From Escherichia phage vB-Eco-KMB38, in the sequence record OR525701.1: a stretch of 64,000 nucleotides of DNA; one strand, 5' to 3'. Numbering within the stretch: the first letter of the stretch is position 1; each line of letters opens with the position of its first letter. Positions 23,432-34,230 of the stretch are shown here, in pieces. The notes below the pieces were generated by a model. The model did not search any database, was not told where the DNA came from, and saw only the letters and a program-made list of their open reading frames with translations. Made by a program: the position numbers and the translations under genes.

Positions 23432-24600
23432 CAGTATTCCAACGTCCAGGATATCCTAACTTAAGCGTTAAATTATACCAAGATTATTCGGCTTGGCAAG
23501 AAAATAGATACGTTGAACTCGCAGCAACAATAACAACTTTAACCATGCGAGATTCGCTATATGGAAGAAATGAAGGGATTCTTCAATTTTATGACACTAA
23601 AAACATCCACACTAAAATGGATGGTAGACAGATAGTCCAAATCTCTGTTTCAAATTCAAACACACCTCTCCAAGTTAGAACTCGAATTTACGGATGTAGA
23701 CATTATTCTGTGTCTGTGGACTCAAAAGGTGACAATATTATTGCAATTGAGCTTGGAACAATACATTCTATAGAGAACCTTAAATTTGGGCGACCATTCT
23801 TCCCAGACGCAGGAGAATCTATACGCGAAATGTTAGGTGTCATATATAAAGACCGTACATTAATTACTCCGCCAATAAACACTATTAATGCTTATGTTCC
23901 TGATATTCCTTGGACAAGCACATTTGATGATTATTTGGCATATGTCAGAGAATTAGGACTTGCTACAGCGAGTGATAAGTTCGTATTCGTATGGCAAGAT
24001 ATTTTAGGCGTAAACATGATTGACTACGATACTCTTATTGGTCAGGAAGGCATTAAGATGATTGTAGGCGAGCCAAATACCGTAGGTCAGTATATTCAAG
24101 AGCTTGAGTATCCATTGGTATGGGATTTCACCTGGATGACTAAAGCTAACCAATTTACAAGAGACCCTATTAAAAACGCCACGATATTCGCCCATTCATT
24201 TTTAGATACATCTATTCCGGTTATTGTTACAGGCGATGGTGATAATGCTATTGTTGTGTCAAGATCTGGTGGATATTCCGAAATGACTTATCGTAATGGA
24301 TTTGAAGAAGCAAGTCGTCTTCAGACAATGGCTCAATATGACGGATATGCTAAATGCACTACTACAGGTAATTTTAACATAACGCCTGCTACTAAAATTA
24401 TATTTGTTGACCAAAAGAACCAATTCAAATCTGAATTTTACGTAGATGAAGTTATTCATGAGTTATCAAATAACAACTCACAAACTCATCTATACATGTT
24501 TACCAACTCAATGGTGTTAGAACCTGTTAACCCAGTTAAGGTTAAAAATGAACTTAAATCTGATTCTACCTCTAAAGAAAATAATTCTACCACAGTCTAA
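23428..24600 (+). CDS. 27: baseplate hub protein gp27
   Basis: 390 aa; synteny. Confidence 0.9.
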   Translation: MTVFQRPGYPNLSVKLYQDYSAWQENRYVELAATITTLTMRDSLYGRNEGILQFYDTKNIHTKMDGRQIVQISVSNSNTPLQVRTRIYGCRHYSVSVDSKGDNIIAIELGTIHSIENLKFGRPFFPDAGESIREMLGVIYKDRTLITPPINTINAYVPDIPWTSTFDDYLAYVRELGLATASDKFVFVWQDILGVNMIDYDTLIGQEGIKMIVGEPNTVGQYIQELEYPLVWDFTWMTKANQFTRDPIKNATIFAHSFLDTSIPVIVTGDGDNAIVVSRSGGYSEMTYRNGFEEASRLQTMAQYDGYAKCTTTGNFNITPATKIIFVDQKNQFKSEFYVDEVIHELSNNNSQTHLYMFTNSMVLEPVNPVKVKNELKSDSTSKENNSTTV

Positions 24601-25081
24601 TAAAAAGATAATGATTCCCAAATTAGGGCTCAAACATTATAATCTTTTAAAGGACGTTAAAGGTCCTGACGAAAACATGAAAATCTTAGCCGATTCTATT
24701 TGTAAAAATATGAGTCCCGCAGATTTTGATTTTGCATGTCTACACATATTGGAATTTAATAACAAACTTAAGTCTGAAGTTGAAAAAGATGGATTCACTT
24801 ATAAACTAGATGACGTCTATGTATGCCAACGAACAGAATTCCAATTTCAAGGTAATACTTTTTATTTTAGACCCCCAGGCAAATTTGAACAATTCGCTAC
24901 AATCAGTGAAATGTTATCAAATTGCTTAATAAAAGTTAATGACGAAGAGAAAGAAATTTCTTTCCTTGAGATGCCTGCTTTTGTAATCAAATGGGCAGAA
25001 GACCTTTCGACAACCATTGCTATTCCGGGCCCCAATGGCCCTATTAAGGGTATAGCAGAAATTATTGGATTGCTTGAATGA
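24548..25081 (+). CDS. 28: baseplate hub distal protein gp28
   Basis: 177 aa; overlaps the gp27 3' end as in T4. Confidence 0.85.
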   Translation: MNLNLILPLKKIILPQSNKKIMIPKLGLKHYNLLKDVKGPDENMKILADSICKNMSPADFDFACLHILEFNNKLKSEVEKDGFTYKLDDVYVCQRTEFQFQGNTFYFRPPGKFEQFATISEMLSNCLIKVNDEEKEISFLEMPAFVIKWAEDLSTTIAIPGPNGPIKGIAEIIGLLE

Positions 25082-26850
25082 AACCTGAAGAAATGAAATC
25101 CATGCGTAGAAATAAGGTCATTGCCGATAATAAACCACAAAAAGTAGCTGCAACAGCAGCTACCGATTCATTAGAAGCATTGAATAACATTTCATCAAAA
25201 CTAGACGATGTCCAAGCCGCGTCTGAACTCACATCACAAAGTGTAGAAGATAAAGGCAATAGAATTATTGAATCAATTGGAGACTTAAAGAATTCGACAG
25301 ATAATACTGCTGAAGGCACAGAGCTTATCGCAGAAGTTATTGAAAAACAAACTGAAGTCACTAAAAGTATAAACGAAGTTTCTAGTGCAATAAGCTCTAA
25401 GTTAGACCGATTAGCTACATTGTTAGAGCAAAAATTACAAACATCTACCGCTATTCAAAATACAGGAGGCACCTCTCTTGAAGTAATTGAGAACGCTATA
25501 CCTGTTAAAGTGGTTGAGAATGAAACTTCTGATGAGTTGTTTAAAGCATTACCTACACCTGAAAAGATTGATAATAAGCCGGACGAAGATTTCTTCCCAG
25601 CCCCTGTTCAAGAAAGTGCTAATTCTACTTCTGATTCTAAAGGCGGAATTAGCTTTAAATTGAGCGATAAAATTGCAATGCTCACCAAAACAGTTCAAAC
25701 CGGGTTTAATAAATCAATATCAATTTCAGACAGAATTGCTGGAATGCTTTTCAAATACACTATAACAGCTGCTATTGAAGCCGCAAAAATGGCCGCACTT
25801 ATTCTTGGTATTGTTATCGGTATTGATTTATTGATAGTCCATTTCAAATATTGGACAGACAAGTTCACTTCTGCCTGGGATTTATTTGATGAAAACTTTA
25901 CTAAATTCTCCGATGAAGCTCAAGAGTGGGGTAAATTCTTAAGTGATATATTCACTTCTATTGACTCGATAAAACAATTGTGGGAAGCTGGAGACTGGGG
26001 TGGTTTAACCGTTGCTATTGTCAAAGGTGTAGGAACAGCATTAATGAACTTAGGTGAACTAATTCAATTAGGAATGGCTAAACTCTCCGCGTCTATATTG
26101 CGTGCTATAGGTTTTGGTGATACCGCGGACGAAATAGAAGGACGTGCTTTAGAAGGATTCCAAGAAACTACTGGGAACAAATTAAAGAAAGAAGACCAAG
26201 AGAAAGTCGCTAAATATCAAATGAAGCGTGACGACGGGGAATTAGGAACCGTTTCTAAAGGTCTTGATATGTTACAACGCGGCAAAACATTCGTTACTAA
26301 CTGGGTTCGTGGTAATGACAATAAAGAAGAGTTTAGTACAAGTGATGAGCGTGCTGCGGAATCAGCAAAATTAAAAGAGTTACCTGAAGAGGAACGTAAA
26401 GAGGCATATATAAAAGCTAATGAAACTCGTGCGGCACTGGTTAGATTTGAGGATTATATCGATAAAATCGATATGTCTAATCCGGAAAATGCTAAAAACG
26501 TCGAGAAGTCTTATGCTGATTTAAGTAAACTTATTAAAGACCCTGAACTTAATAAAACTCCTGTTGTTAAAAAGGAAATAGATGCTAGATTTGAAAAGCT
26601 AAATAATAAAATGGCTGAAGCCAAAAAGGCTCAGACAACAGTTAAGCCTGAATCTTCGTCTAAATCTCCGGAAGCAAAACAAGTTCAGTCAATAGAGAAA
26701 GGACGTGCTTCTGAATCTAAACAACAGCAACCGGTAGCGGCGATTAGTAACACAAATAATGTCGTCAAAAAGAATACCGTAGTCCAGAATATGACCCCTG
26801 TAACAAGTACAACGGCTCCTGGAATTTTCCATGCCACCGGTGTTAATTAA
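25078..26850 (+). CDS. 29: tail length determinator / baseplate hub protein gp29
   Basis: 590 aa, same as T4 gp29; synteny. Confidence 0.9.
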   Translation: MKPEEMKSMRRNKVIADNKPQKVAATAATDSLEALNNISSKLDDVQAASELTSQSVEDKGNRIIESIGDLKNSTDNTAEGTELIAEVIEKQTEVTKSINEVSSAISSKLDRLATLLEQKLQTSTAIQNTGGTSLEVIENAIPVKVVENETSDELFKALPTPEKIDNKPDEDFFPAPVQESANSTSDSKGGISFKLSDKIAMLTKTVQTGFNKSISISDRIAGMLFKYTITAAIEAAKMAALILGIVIGIDLLIVHFKYWTDKFTSAWDLFDENFTKFSDEAQEWGKFLSDIFTSIDSIKQLWEAGDWGGLTVAIVKGVGTALMNLGELIQLGMAKLSASILRAIGFGDTADEIEGRALEGFQETTGNKLKKEDQEKVAKYQMKRDDGELGTVSKGLDMLQRGKTFVTNWVRGNDNKEEFSTSDERAAESAKLKELPEEERKEAYIKANETRAALVRFEDYIDKIDMSNPENAKNVEKSYADLSKLIKDPELNKTPVVKKEIDARFEKLNNKMAEAKKAQTTVKPESSSKSPEAKQVQSIEKGRASESKQQQPVAAISNTNNVVKKNTVVQNMTPVTSTTAPGIFHATGVN

Positions 26851-26858
26851 GGATTATT

Positions 26859-27968
26859 ATGATTAGTGTAAAAGAAATAGTAGTAGATGCAAAGGATTTA
26901 AATAAAGCAATCCCAGTCTCAGAAAGTGCTGGGCAAAGCACTAAAACCGAAACAACTACTAAAACTTATGTTGCTCAATTTCCTACAGGAAGAGCAGCCG
27001 GAAATGACTCCACAGGAGACTTCCAGGTAACAGACCTTTATAAGAATGGATTATTATTTACCGCGTACAATATGTCTGCACGCGATTCAGGATCCCTCAG
27101 GAATTTACGTCCTGCATACGCCGGGACTTCATCCAATGGTATCATATCAGATTTAACTGATAATGTGAAAGATGCAGTGACTAAATTCTCAAATGGATTG
27201 CTTCCTGCTGGAGCTAATAAATCTACCATAAATAAAACTCCTGTTGCCAATATCCTGTTGCCACGTTCCAAATCTGACGTTGATACAACTTCACATCGTT
27301 TTAATGATATCGGTGATAGTCTTATTACTAAAGGTGGAGGTACTGCTACGGGTGTTTTAAGTAACATTGCTTCTACTGCAGTCTTTGGTGCATTAGATTC
27401 TATTACCCAGGGGCTTATGGCTGATAATAACGAACAGATTTATACGACTTCTCGTAGTATGTATGGTGGTGCCGAGAACCGTACTAAAGTCTTTACATGG
27501 GATTTAACTCCACGTTCAACTGAAGACCTTATGGCTATTATAAACATTTACCAGTATTTTAACTATTTCTCATATGGTGAGACCGGTAAATCACAGTACG
27601 CCCAAGAGATTAAAAGTTATTTAGACGAATGGTACCGTTCAACGTTTATTGAGCCTATGACCCCAGACGATGCTGTAAAAAATAAGACATTGTTTGAAAA
27701 GATTACTGCGTCATTAACAAACGTATTAGTTGTAAGCAACCCTACGATTTGGATGGTTAAAAACTTTGGACACACATCTAAATTTGACGGGTTAACTGAT
27801 GTATTTGGCCCATGTCAAATTCAAAGCGTACGTTTTGATAAAACTCCAAATGGACAATTTAATGGTCTTGCTGTTGCTCCTAACTTACCGTCAACATTTA
27901 CGTTAGAGGTAACAATGCGAGAAATTATTACATTAAACCGTTCTTCACTTTATGCGGGGACTTTCTAA
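26859..27968 (+). CDS. 48: baseplate tail-tube junction protein gp48
   Basis: 369 aa; synteny. Confidence 0.88.
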   Translation: MISVKEIVVDAKDLNKAIPVSESAGQSTKTETTTKTYVAQFPTGRAAGNDSTGDFQVTDLYKNGLLFTAYNMSARDSGSLRNLRPAYAGTSSNGIISDLTDNVKDAVTKFSNGLLPAGANKSTINKTPVANILLPRSKSDVDTTSHRFNDIGDSLITKGGGTATGVLSNIASTAVFGALDSITQGLMADNNEQIYTTSRSMYGGAENRTKVFTWDLTPRSTEDLMAIINIYQYFNYFSYGETGKSQYAQEIKSYLDEWYRSTFIEPMTPDDAVKNKTLFEKITASLTNVLVVSNPTIWMVKNFGHTSKFDGLTDVFGPCQIQSVRFDKTPNGQFNGLAVAPNLPSTFTLEVTMREIITLNRSSLYAGTF

Positions 27969-28930
27969 TGTACTCTTTAGAAGAATTTAATAACCAAGCT
28001 ATAAATGCAGATTTCCAACGAAACAATATGTTTAGTTGTGTATTTGCTACTACACCGTCGACTAAATCATCTTCACTAATTTCGTCAATTGGTAGTTTTG
28101 CTTATAATAACTTAGGGTTGGATTCAGATTGGCTAGGATTGACTCAAGGTGATATCAATCAGGGCGTTACAACCCTGATTACAGCAGGAACACAGAAATT
28201 AATTCGAAAATCAGGTGTAAGTAAATATCTGATTGGAGCAATGAGTCAACGTACGGTACAAAGCTTGTTAGGTGAGTTCACAGTAGGAGCTTATCTGATA
28301 GACTTCTTCAATATGGCATATAATAATACAGGTTTAATGATTTATTCTGTAAAAATGCCTGAGAACCGATTATCTTATGAAACGGATTTCAACTATAACT
28401 CACCGAACATCCGAATTACCGGTCGAGAAATGGACCCGTTAGTAATAAGCTTTAGAATGGATTCCGAAGCATCCAACTTTAGAGCAATGCAGGACTGGGT
28501 AAACTCAGTCCAAGACCCTGTAACAGGTCTTCGCGCTTTACCACAAGACGTCGAAGCAGATATTCAGGTTAATTTACATGCACGAAATGGTTTACCGCAT
28601 ACCGCTGTCATGTTCACCGGATGTATTCCTGTTAGTGTCTCTTCTCCTGAGTTAACGTATGATGGTGATAATCAGATAACAGTTTTTGACGTAACATTTG
28701 CTTATCGCGTTATGCAATCAGGTGCTGTAAATAGACAGGCTGCTTTAGAGTGGTTGGAATCAGGACTTATTAGTAGTGTTTCAGGAATGTTTGGAAATAA
28801 TCAGAATGATTCTGGTCTAGGAAGTGCAGTATCAAGACTTTCTAGATTAGGTGGGACCGCCGGAGGTGTGTCTAATATAAACACATTGACAGGTGTGGTG
28901 AATTCTACATCAAGAGTTTTAGGACTATAA
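27968..28930 (+). CDS. 54: baseplate tail-tube initiator gp54
   Basis: 320 aa; synteny; bidirectional terminator follows. Confidence 0.88.
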   Translation: MYSLEEFNNQAINADFQRNNMFSCVFATTPSTKSSSLISSIGSFAYNNLGLDSDWLGLTQGDINQGVTTLITAGTQKLIRKSGVSKYLIGAMSQRTVQSLLGEFTVGAYLIDFFNMAYNNTGLMIYSVKMPENRLSYETDFNYNSPNIRITGREMDPLVISFRMDSEASNFRAMQDWVNSVQDPVTGLRALPQDVEADIQVNLHARNGLPHTAVMFTGCIPVSVSSPELTYDGDNQITVFDVTFAYRVMQSGAVNRQAALEWLESGLISSVSGMFGNNQNDSGLGSAVSRLSRLGGTAGGVSNINTLTGVVNSTSRVLGL

Positions 28931-28962
28931 GAAAAAGGGAGACGTTGTCTCCCTTTAGGGGT
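28931..28962. terminator. bidirectional terminator between gene 54 and the alt-downstream ORF
   Basis: gggagacgttgtctccc flanked by AAAAA and TTT. Confidence 0.7.
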
Positions 28963-29256
28963 TTATTTACGGAATGAAAGGAATGCTGGTGCTCGGAATG
29001 GAGTATCATCTTTAGAGTATTTAACTAATACGACCATTGGTACCTCTGTTTCTAAATGTCCTGTCAATACACCGATAAAAATTTGATCAGTGTGCTCAGG
29101 GTCACGAAAGTTTTTAAGAGGTTCCATAGCAATATGGAATGCACCTGGGAATACTCGATTCAATTCGTCAATCACAGCTTCGTTAAAAACATCATCCGCT
29201 GGGATAACATCTTCAACTACTAGTTCTTGACCATTAAAGCGAAGCATAGATTTCAT
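28963..29256 (-). CDS. hypothetical protein (alt-downstream ORF)
   Basis: 97 aa from ATG behind GAGGAAAA; early promoter at 29286-29315; track ORF is extended through the promoter. Confidence 0.55.
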   Translation of the reverse strand: MKSMLRFNGQELVVEDVIPADDVFNEAVIDELNRVFPGAFHIAMEPLKNFRDPEHTDQIFIGVLTGHLETEVPMVVLVKYSKDDTPFRAPAFLSFRK

Positions 29257-29285
29257 AACGTTTTCCTCATGTTGTTGATAGGATG

Positions 29286-29315
29286 ATAGTATCACACATC
29301 CATGTGTTTGTAAAC
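29286..29315 (-). promoter_or_regulatory. early promoter
   Basis: Minus strand GTTTACaaacacatggatgtgtgaTACTAT followed by the conserved leader caacaacatgaggaaaa and ATG. Confidence 0.65.
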
Positions 29316-31402
29316 TATCCTTGGAAAAATTTAAACGGAACTGATTCTAAATCCATTAAAGATGCTAACAATTCCAAACCTTTAGGTGCACTAGTTTTTT
29401 CTACAAATGAGGAGAACGATACCAGCTCATCAGATTCGATTTCACCCGTCATAGCGACCACCTCGCCTGTTTCCATGAGAACATCACCATCGTAAATGAC
29501 AGCTTCATCTAACTGGTCTGAAGACATGACTTCAGCTTGAATAAATTTAAGGTTGGATTCTAAACCTGCACCAGTGTCAGATGACGCATCTGTAATTTTA
29601 TTTATCTGCAAGAGAATGCCTCTAGGCAAAATAATTTCTTGCTCATTAGGGTGATTACTCAACTGTCCTGGATAAATCACGTTAACTTTATGGGCGCCAT
29701 CAATAGCCCATCCAACGTTAACACGGATTTGTTCTGGCGCATGCATAGCTGTTCTTACTTGACTAGGAGAAATAGTAACACCTTCGTCATTATTGTCAAT
29801 GTTAAGCTCTTTGCGAACTTCTTCAGGAGCAAGTCCAAGGGCAACGTTCTCTTTAAACCCACCGAAAATAATAGGAGCTAGTGAAGTGGAAACATAGTTT
29901 CTGAAGTAGAATACCTTATTTTTAACCATTGCTTCGTAAATAGGCATTCTGATAGACTGAGCTCTATATAACGTTAGACCTTCAGGTAAACGATCTCCAT
30001 TTAAAAACGCCGAATCAAGACCATCAATAGCGCGTTTAACTTCATCTTCATCTGCAACATCGTAAAAATCTGGTTTATAACGACCTAACAACATATTATT
30101 GATATCTGTATATGCAGAAGAGGCATATTCACGAATAGCTCGTTTTTCAGCAACAGAGTATTGTTTAGGGTCACGATTCATTGTTATATTAAAGGTGCCT
30201 CTAGCTGATTCTCGTGCATAAGTATACATCACATTAGACAAGAACGCTGATTTACGTTGTTTCCAAGTTCTTTCAGATACTTCAGCTAAAACGTCGTCAG
30301 GCAGTTGGAAATTATCACGTCTAAAATCTTCAAACCATTCGTCTTTAATAGAGTCTGCAATTTCATTTGCAGCTTCAACAAAAGCAGCTAATGCTTTAAC
30401 AGATGTTGTTTTTTCGGTTTTAATTTTCTTAGCAAACTTTTCTAAAGTCGGCTTAATAACACTACCATAAGAAACTTCATCGGCAAATTTAAAGGATTCA
30501 TCAATACGATTATAAATCTTATTTTCGATATCAGCAACTAAAGTGCCTTTTGCTGTGGACGATGCTTGGGCTAGTACGATTTCATATGCTTCAGGAAGTA
30601 ATTCGGCTGTAGCCGGGCCACTAACTTCTTTAGCAGAATTTTCGTATTTCTGGAATAACTCACCTTCTTGACGGTCAGCTTCTAAAGATTGACTTGCTGC
30701 AATAGCACGACGAGAAATTTTAGTGCGAGCAATAACAGGCTTATCTTTACGTTTTTCTTCTACCGCGGCAATAGAACCAGCGATAGCCGTTTCTTTGGTG
30801 ACCTTTTCACCGGTCTTTTTACTCACATAAACTTCGCCAACATCAGAATCTACTTTCGTGTACAACTCTGTGTTAATGTTAGGGATGCCTTTAATATCTT
30901 CAATGTTGGCATTTTTACGAACCATCATCACATAGGTGTGTTTACCTGTGAATTGATACATTGCCGACAATACTTTAAAACGACCACCGGTTTTAGTAGA
31001 AACTAAACGAGCAAGAAGAGTTTGAAGCTGCTGTCCACGTCCTTTCAATTTCTTGGTAGGGAATCTGAACAGAACCGCATCCATACGAAGAGCTTTAACC
31101 TGTTCATATACTGTATTGAAAATGGTGTTGATTGCATCAATAGGAGCAGGACCAAGGCCGTTTTTCAATTCAGCGAGATTACCCTTTTCAGACAGACTCA
31201 TAATAACAACATGGGCATATTTGTCGCCAAGTTTAACTTGTTTTACAGCATCGCCTTCAGAAAGGTAAGAGAATAAGCGAACTACGATGTTTGTATCGAT
31301 ATCACCAATTTTCCAGACTTGTGGAACTTTAGCTTTAGGGTTCAAATTGACGACAGGAAGACTGCCTTCAGATTCAAACACTTCATTTAATTGTTCAGAC
31401 AT
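29315..31402 (-). CDS. alt: Alt ADP-ribosyltransferase (packaged, modifies host RNA polymerase)
   Basis: 695 aa; resembles T4 Alt as recalled (e.g. ...VFYFRNYVSTSL...); synteny next to gene 30. Confidence 0.88.
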   Translation of the reverse strand: MSEQLNEVFESEGSLPVVNLNPKAKVPQVWKIGDIDTNIVVRLFSYLSEGDAVKQVKLGDKYAHVVIMSLSEKGNLAELKNGLGPAPIDAINTIFNTVYEQVKALRMDAVLFRFPTKKLKGRGQQLQTLLARLVSTKTGGRFKVLSAMYQFTGKHTYVMMVRKNANIEDIKGIPNINTELYTKVDSDVGEVYVSKKTGEKVTKETAIAGSIAAVEEKRKDKPVIARTKISRRAIAASQSLEADRQEGELFQKYENSAKEVSGPATAELLPEAYEIVLAQASSTAKGTLVADIENKIYNRIDESFKFADEVSYGSVIKPTLEKFAKKIKTEKTTSVKALAAFVEAANEIADSIKDEWFEDFRRDNFQLPDDVLAEVSERTWKQRKSAFLSNVMYTYARESARGTFNITMNRDPKQYSVAEKRAIREYASSAYTDINNMLLGRYKPDFYDVADEDEVKRAIDGLDSAFLNGDRLPEGLTLYRAQSIRMPIYEAMVKNKVFYFRNYVSTSLAPIIFGGFKENVALGLAPEEVRKELNIDNNDEGVTISPSQVRTAMHAPEQIRVNVGWAIDGAHKVNVIYPGQLSNHPNEQEIILPRGILLQINKITDASSDTGAGLESNLKFIQAEVMSSDQLDEAVIYDGDVLMETGEVVAMTGEIESDELVSFSSFVEKTSAPKGLELLASLMDLESVPFKFFQG

Positions 31403-31422
31403 AGTGTTTTCCTTTTAGTAAT

Positions 31423-31440
31423 AATTTATATTTATGCCAA
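31423..31440 (-). promoter_or_regulatory. late-promoter-like element upstream of alt
   Basis: Minus strand reads cATAAATATAAATT, a 7/8 match to TATAAATA, ~20 nt upstream of the alt ATG and just after a UUCG terminator. Confidence 0.4.
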
Positions 31441-31441
31441 A

Positions 31442-31459
31442 AAGAGCCCGAAGGCTCTT
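31442..31459 (-). terminator. UUCG hairpin terminator upstream of the alt late promoter
   Basis: Minus strand aagagccTTCGggctctt followed by TTTT. Confidence 0.6.
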
Positions 31460-31646
31460 AATCCACAATCGGGAGCAAAGTACGATAAACTTCAAAATTA
31501 GGGCCTTTTTCATACCCATCAACGTTATCTACGAAAACCCGATACGAATTTTCATTAGGAAAATCTAATATAATCTGAGAGCAAGAGGTGGAAACATCTC
31601 CACCATCCTTCTTAGCTACAATAACTGTTTCTAAATAAGCTTTCAT
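31458..31646 (-). CDS. hypothetical protein (62 aa)
   Basis: ATG overlaps the ligase stop (TAATG); followed by a UUCG hairpin terminator. Confidence 0.5.
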   Translation of the reverse strand: MKAYLETVIVAKKDGGDVSTSCSQIILDFPNENSYRVFVDNVDGYEKGPNFEVYRTLLPIVD

Positions 31647-33139
31647 TATAAACCTGTCTGGGACCACGGTCCAAATACATCTTCAAACGAATCCGCTTCT
31701 GTTTTATCAAAACGGAACCCTTTAATAATTGGAAGGAAAATACCTACAGTACCTTCACGGCCTTTAGAATGAACCCAACCATTACATTCACAATCAGCGA
31801 TACGTCCAATTAATTTACCTTCACGAGCTTCGGCCATTAATCGTTCACGGTCTAAATCATGACGCTCGTCTAAAGGAATAAGAACCTTTACACCGTCAAC
31901 TGTTTTATGAGTTGTATCTTTAAAACCTGAACCACAATCGGTTGTAATACGACGACAACGTGATACGAGTTCGACACCACCTAATTTGTTAGGGACTTTA
32001 GAGTGTTCATAGTATCCTACAACTTCTAAAGCGATATCAATAACTTCTTTAAATTTAATTAAATTCTTAGAGCGTTTGTTTTCCCAATATGAATCACGGT
32101 TTTTAAGGATAATACCTTCAAGACCTTGGTCAACATATTTTTTATAAACCACTTTAGCTTCGTCAAGATTACGAACTAACTGATTTTCAATTGGCTCAAT
32201 TCGCTTAAAGCCTTCAGCCATATTTTCAAGAGCAGCAAAACGAACATCGTATTTCTGACCTTTAATTTTGCCGTCAGAATAGACTTCATCTAAAGGAACA
32301 TAGTCCCAGGCTTGAAGAACCATACCTTCCGCTTCTTTAGGAGAAATAGTCCCTTGAAGAGATTTATTTGCTAAACCGTTTGAAGTGCTACGGTCTGCAA
32401 CTTGTACTTCTTCGGATTCTTCATTATCACCAAATAAGAACGACAGGTCATTTCCTGAGCTCACAGCCTTTTTAATATCAAATGAATGATAAACTAATTC
32501 ACCGTCGATTAAAACCCCATTAGGGTGTCTTTCACGAGCTTCTTTAGTCATTTCCATTAGTTCATCCGCTAATAGAGTAAGACCGTGGTATTCGTTACCG
32601 GCACGAGAAAAGAATTGAACACCATCATCGCGAACTTCAGCGAAACAACGAGCACCATCGGCTTTTAATTGAGCAAATGCGGGCCATTTAATATTTTTAG
32701 TAATCAATTTCTCGTCATATGCAGATGCTAACATCTGTGGCTGCAATTGAATAAGTCCAGGCCACACCTTATTCGCGATAGACACTGAAGCACCTACTTC
32801 AAGGTCGCGCATCATTACACGACGAAGGACTTCTACATCATCAGGTTTACCATCAGCGATATAACCCATGAGCTCTTTAATTGCCGCATTACCGGTGAGT
32901 TTACGAGTGGCTAATGTGAACTCAATAAAATCCAACATGTCATCTAATTCAAGAAGACCATATGCTTGAGACCTTTCACCTGGTCCTGGCCATTTCTTAA
33001 TATAATACTGGATACCACGTGCATATGTTAAACGATACACACGTTCAAGTAATTTGTTGTCCTTATTTTTCTTAAGGATTTCTTGTTTTGTTTTAGTAGA
33101 ACCGATCGCAGCTATTTGGTTTAAAATATCTAAAATCAT
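31646..33139 (-). CDS. 30: ATP-dependent DNA ligase gp30
   Basis: 497 aa; MILDILNQIAAIGSTK..., motif KADGARC; closely matches T4 DNA ligase as recalled. Confidence 0.95.
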   Translation of the reverse strand: MILDILNQIAAIGSTKTKQEILKKNKDNKLLERVYRLTYARGIQYYIKKWPGPGERSQAYGLLELDDMLDFIEFTLATRKLTGNAAIKELMGYIADGKPDDVEVLRRVMMRDLEVGASVSIANKVWPGLIQLQPQMLASAYDEKLITKNIKWPAFAQLKADGARCFAEVRDDGVQFFSRAGNEYHGLTLLADELMEMTKEARERHPNGVLIDGELVYHSFDIKKAVSSGNDLSFLFGDNEESEEVQVADRSTSNGLANKSLQGTISPKEAEGMVLQAWDYVPLDEVYSDGKIKGQKYDVRFAALENMAEGFKRIEPIENQLVRNLDEAKVVYKKYVDQGLEGIILKNRDSYWENKRSKNLIKFKEVIDIALEVVGYYEHSKVPNKLGGVELVSRCRRITTDCGSGFKDTTHKTVDGVKVLIPLDERHDLDRERLMAEAREGKLIGRIADCECNGWVHSKGREGTVGIFLPIIKGFRFDKTEADSFEDVFGPWSQTGL

Positions 33140-33405
33140 TTGATGTCCTCGATTTTGGTTACGGTTCTATTATAAGCCACTTCATCTAGAAGCGATTTCA
33201 GCGTTTTCTGATAAGTGGTAATCCGTTTACCGAGTCCTTCAACGTAGTATTCTGAAATGTAGATGAACCCTTGTTCAACACACTCTTTAAATATTTCTGC
33301 GTCTTTTACTGAACGAAACAATGGCCAGTCTCGAAAGAACATGTTAACGTGACCGTAGTCACGCGTTGTGTTTTTACCATCTGTAATATCATGAACTACA
33401 AACAT
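33136..33405 (-). CDS. hypothetical protein (30.1-like)
   Basis: 89-aa ORF coupled to the ligase gene. Confidence 0.6.
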   Translation of the reverse strand: MFVVHDITDGKNTTRDYGHVNMFFRDWPLFRSVKDAEIFKECVEQGFIYISEYYVEGLGKRITTYQKTLKSLLDEVAYNRTVTKIEDIK

Positions 33406-33414
33406 AAGTATCCC

Positions 33415-34230
33415 TTAACAATTTATAGACCAAGTCCATTTAGACGAATCTAAAGGAAAGTTTTGAATCGTCCACCATGGCCGCATATCAGTTGGTCCTG
33501 GGGTTCGCCAGGTATACGGATTCGACGGACCACCAATTTGATTAGGCCATGCACCTGGACTTGTTGCACCAGATTCTTTAAGCAAATCCGCCAATCGTTT
33601 TAAAAGGTCTTCACGATCTGAATCTGAATTATGCTCGGGTGGAACCAAACGAGATTCAATATCATCCCACGTGTGTACACGTTGTGCAGTGCGAGGAATA
33701 TCATCACGTTCACCACGAGCCAACCAATAAATCGGTACATTAAGAATTTCTGCCGCATGGTCACAATGATGAGCTAAATCGTCAATGTAACAAATCACGT
33801 TATATTTTGTTTTAGCTAGTTCGAATAATTGTTCCTTTGAAGAATCATGACCACACATCATTACTTCAGAGAAAGCGCCAGGGAACAAAGCGTTCAAATT
33901 AAATTGTCTATTCAATCGAGCATCAATTGAATCACCTAGCGCCGTCACGGCTACAAAATTATAGTCTTCTTTTAGTTTATTGATAACTCGAAGAGCATCC
34001 GAATAAGGCGCTAAGTAACGAATAAAATCAGAGCGATTATATTTTTCTATTAATTGTTTACCGAGGTTATCATCGGTATTGAATAGTTTACCAGGAGAAA
34101 TAAATTTTTCGTCCTGAATCATTTTTAAAATATGTTCTAATGGAAGATTATATTTTTGGGCAAAATAAGGAAGTCCAGATTGCCAGCTTAAACATACACC
34201 ATCAATATCAGTCAAAATAGTAGGCTTCAT
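33415..34230 (-). CDS. HAD-superfamily phosphatase-like protein (30.2-like)
   Basis: 271 aa; N-terminal motif ILTDIDGV (HAD motif I, DxDG). Confidence 0.7.
   Translation of the reverse strand: MKPTILTDIDGVCLSWQSGLPYFAQKYNLPLEHILKMIQDEKFISPGKLFNTDDNLGKQLIEKYNRSDFIRYLAPYSDALRVINKLKEDYNFVAVTALGDSIDARLNRQFNLNALFPGAFSEVMMCGHDSSKEQLFELAKTKYNVICYIDDLAHHCDHAAEILNVPIYWLARGERDDIPRTAQRVHTWDDIESRLVPPEHNSDSDREDLLKRLADLLKESGATSPGAWPNQIGGPSNPYTWRTPGPTDMRPWWTIQNFPLDSSKWTWSINC

Noticed and set aside
29257-29295. N-terminal extensions of track ORFs (for example at 29295, 35406, 43484, 21607, 51276, 54095)
   Set aside because: The extensions read through promoter -10 elements or terminator hairpins and begin with GTG or TTG; the RBS-supported internal ATG matches T4 protein lengths
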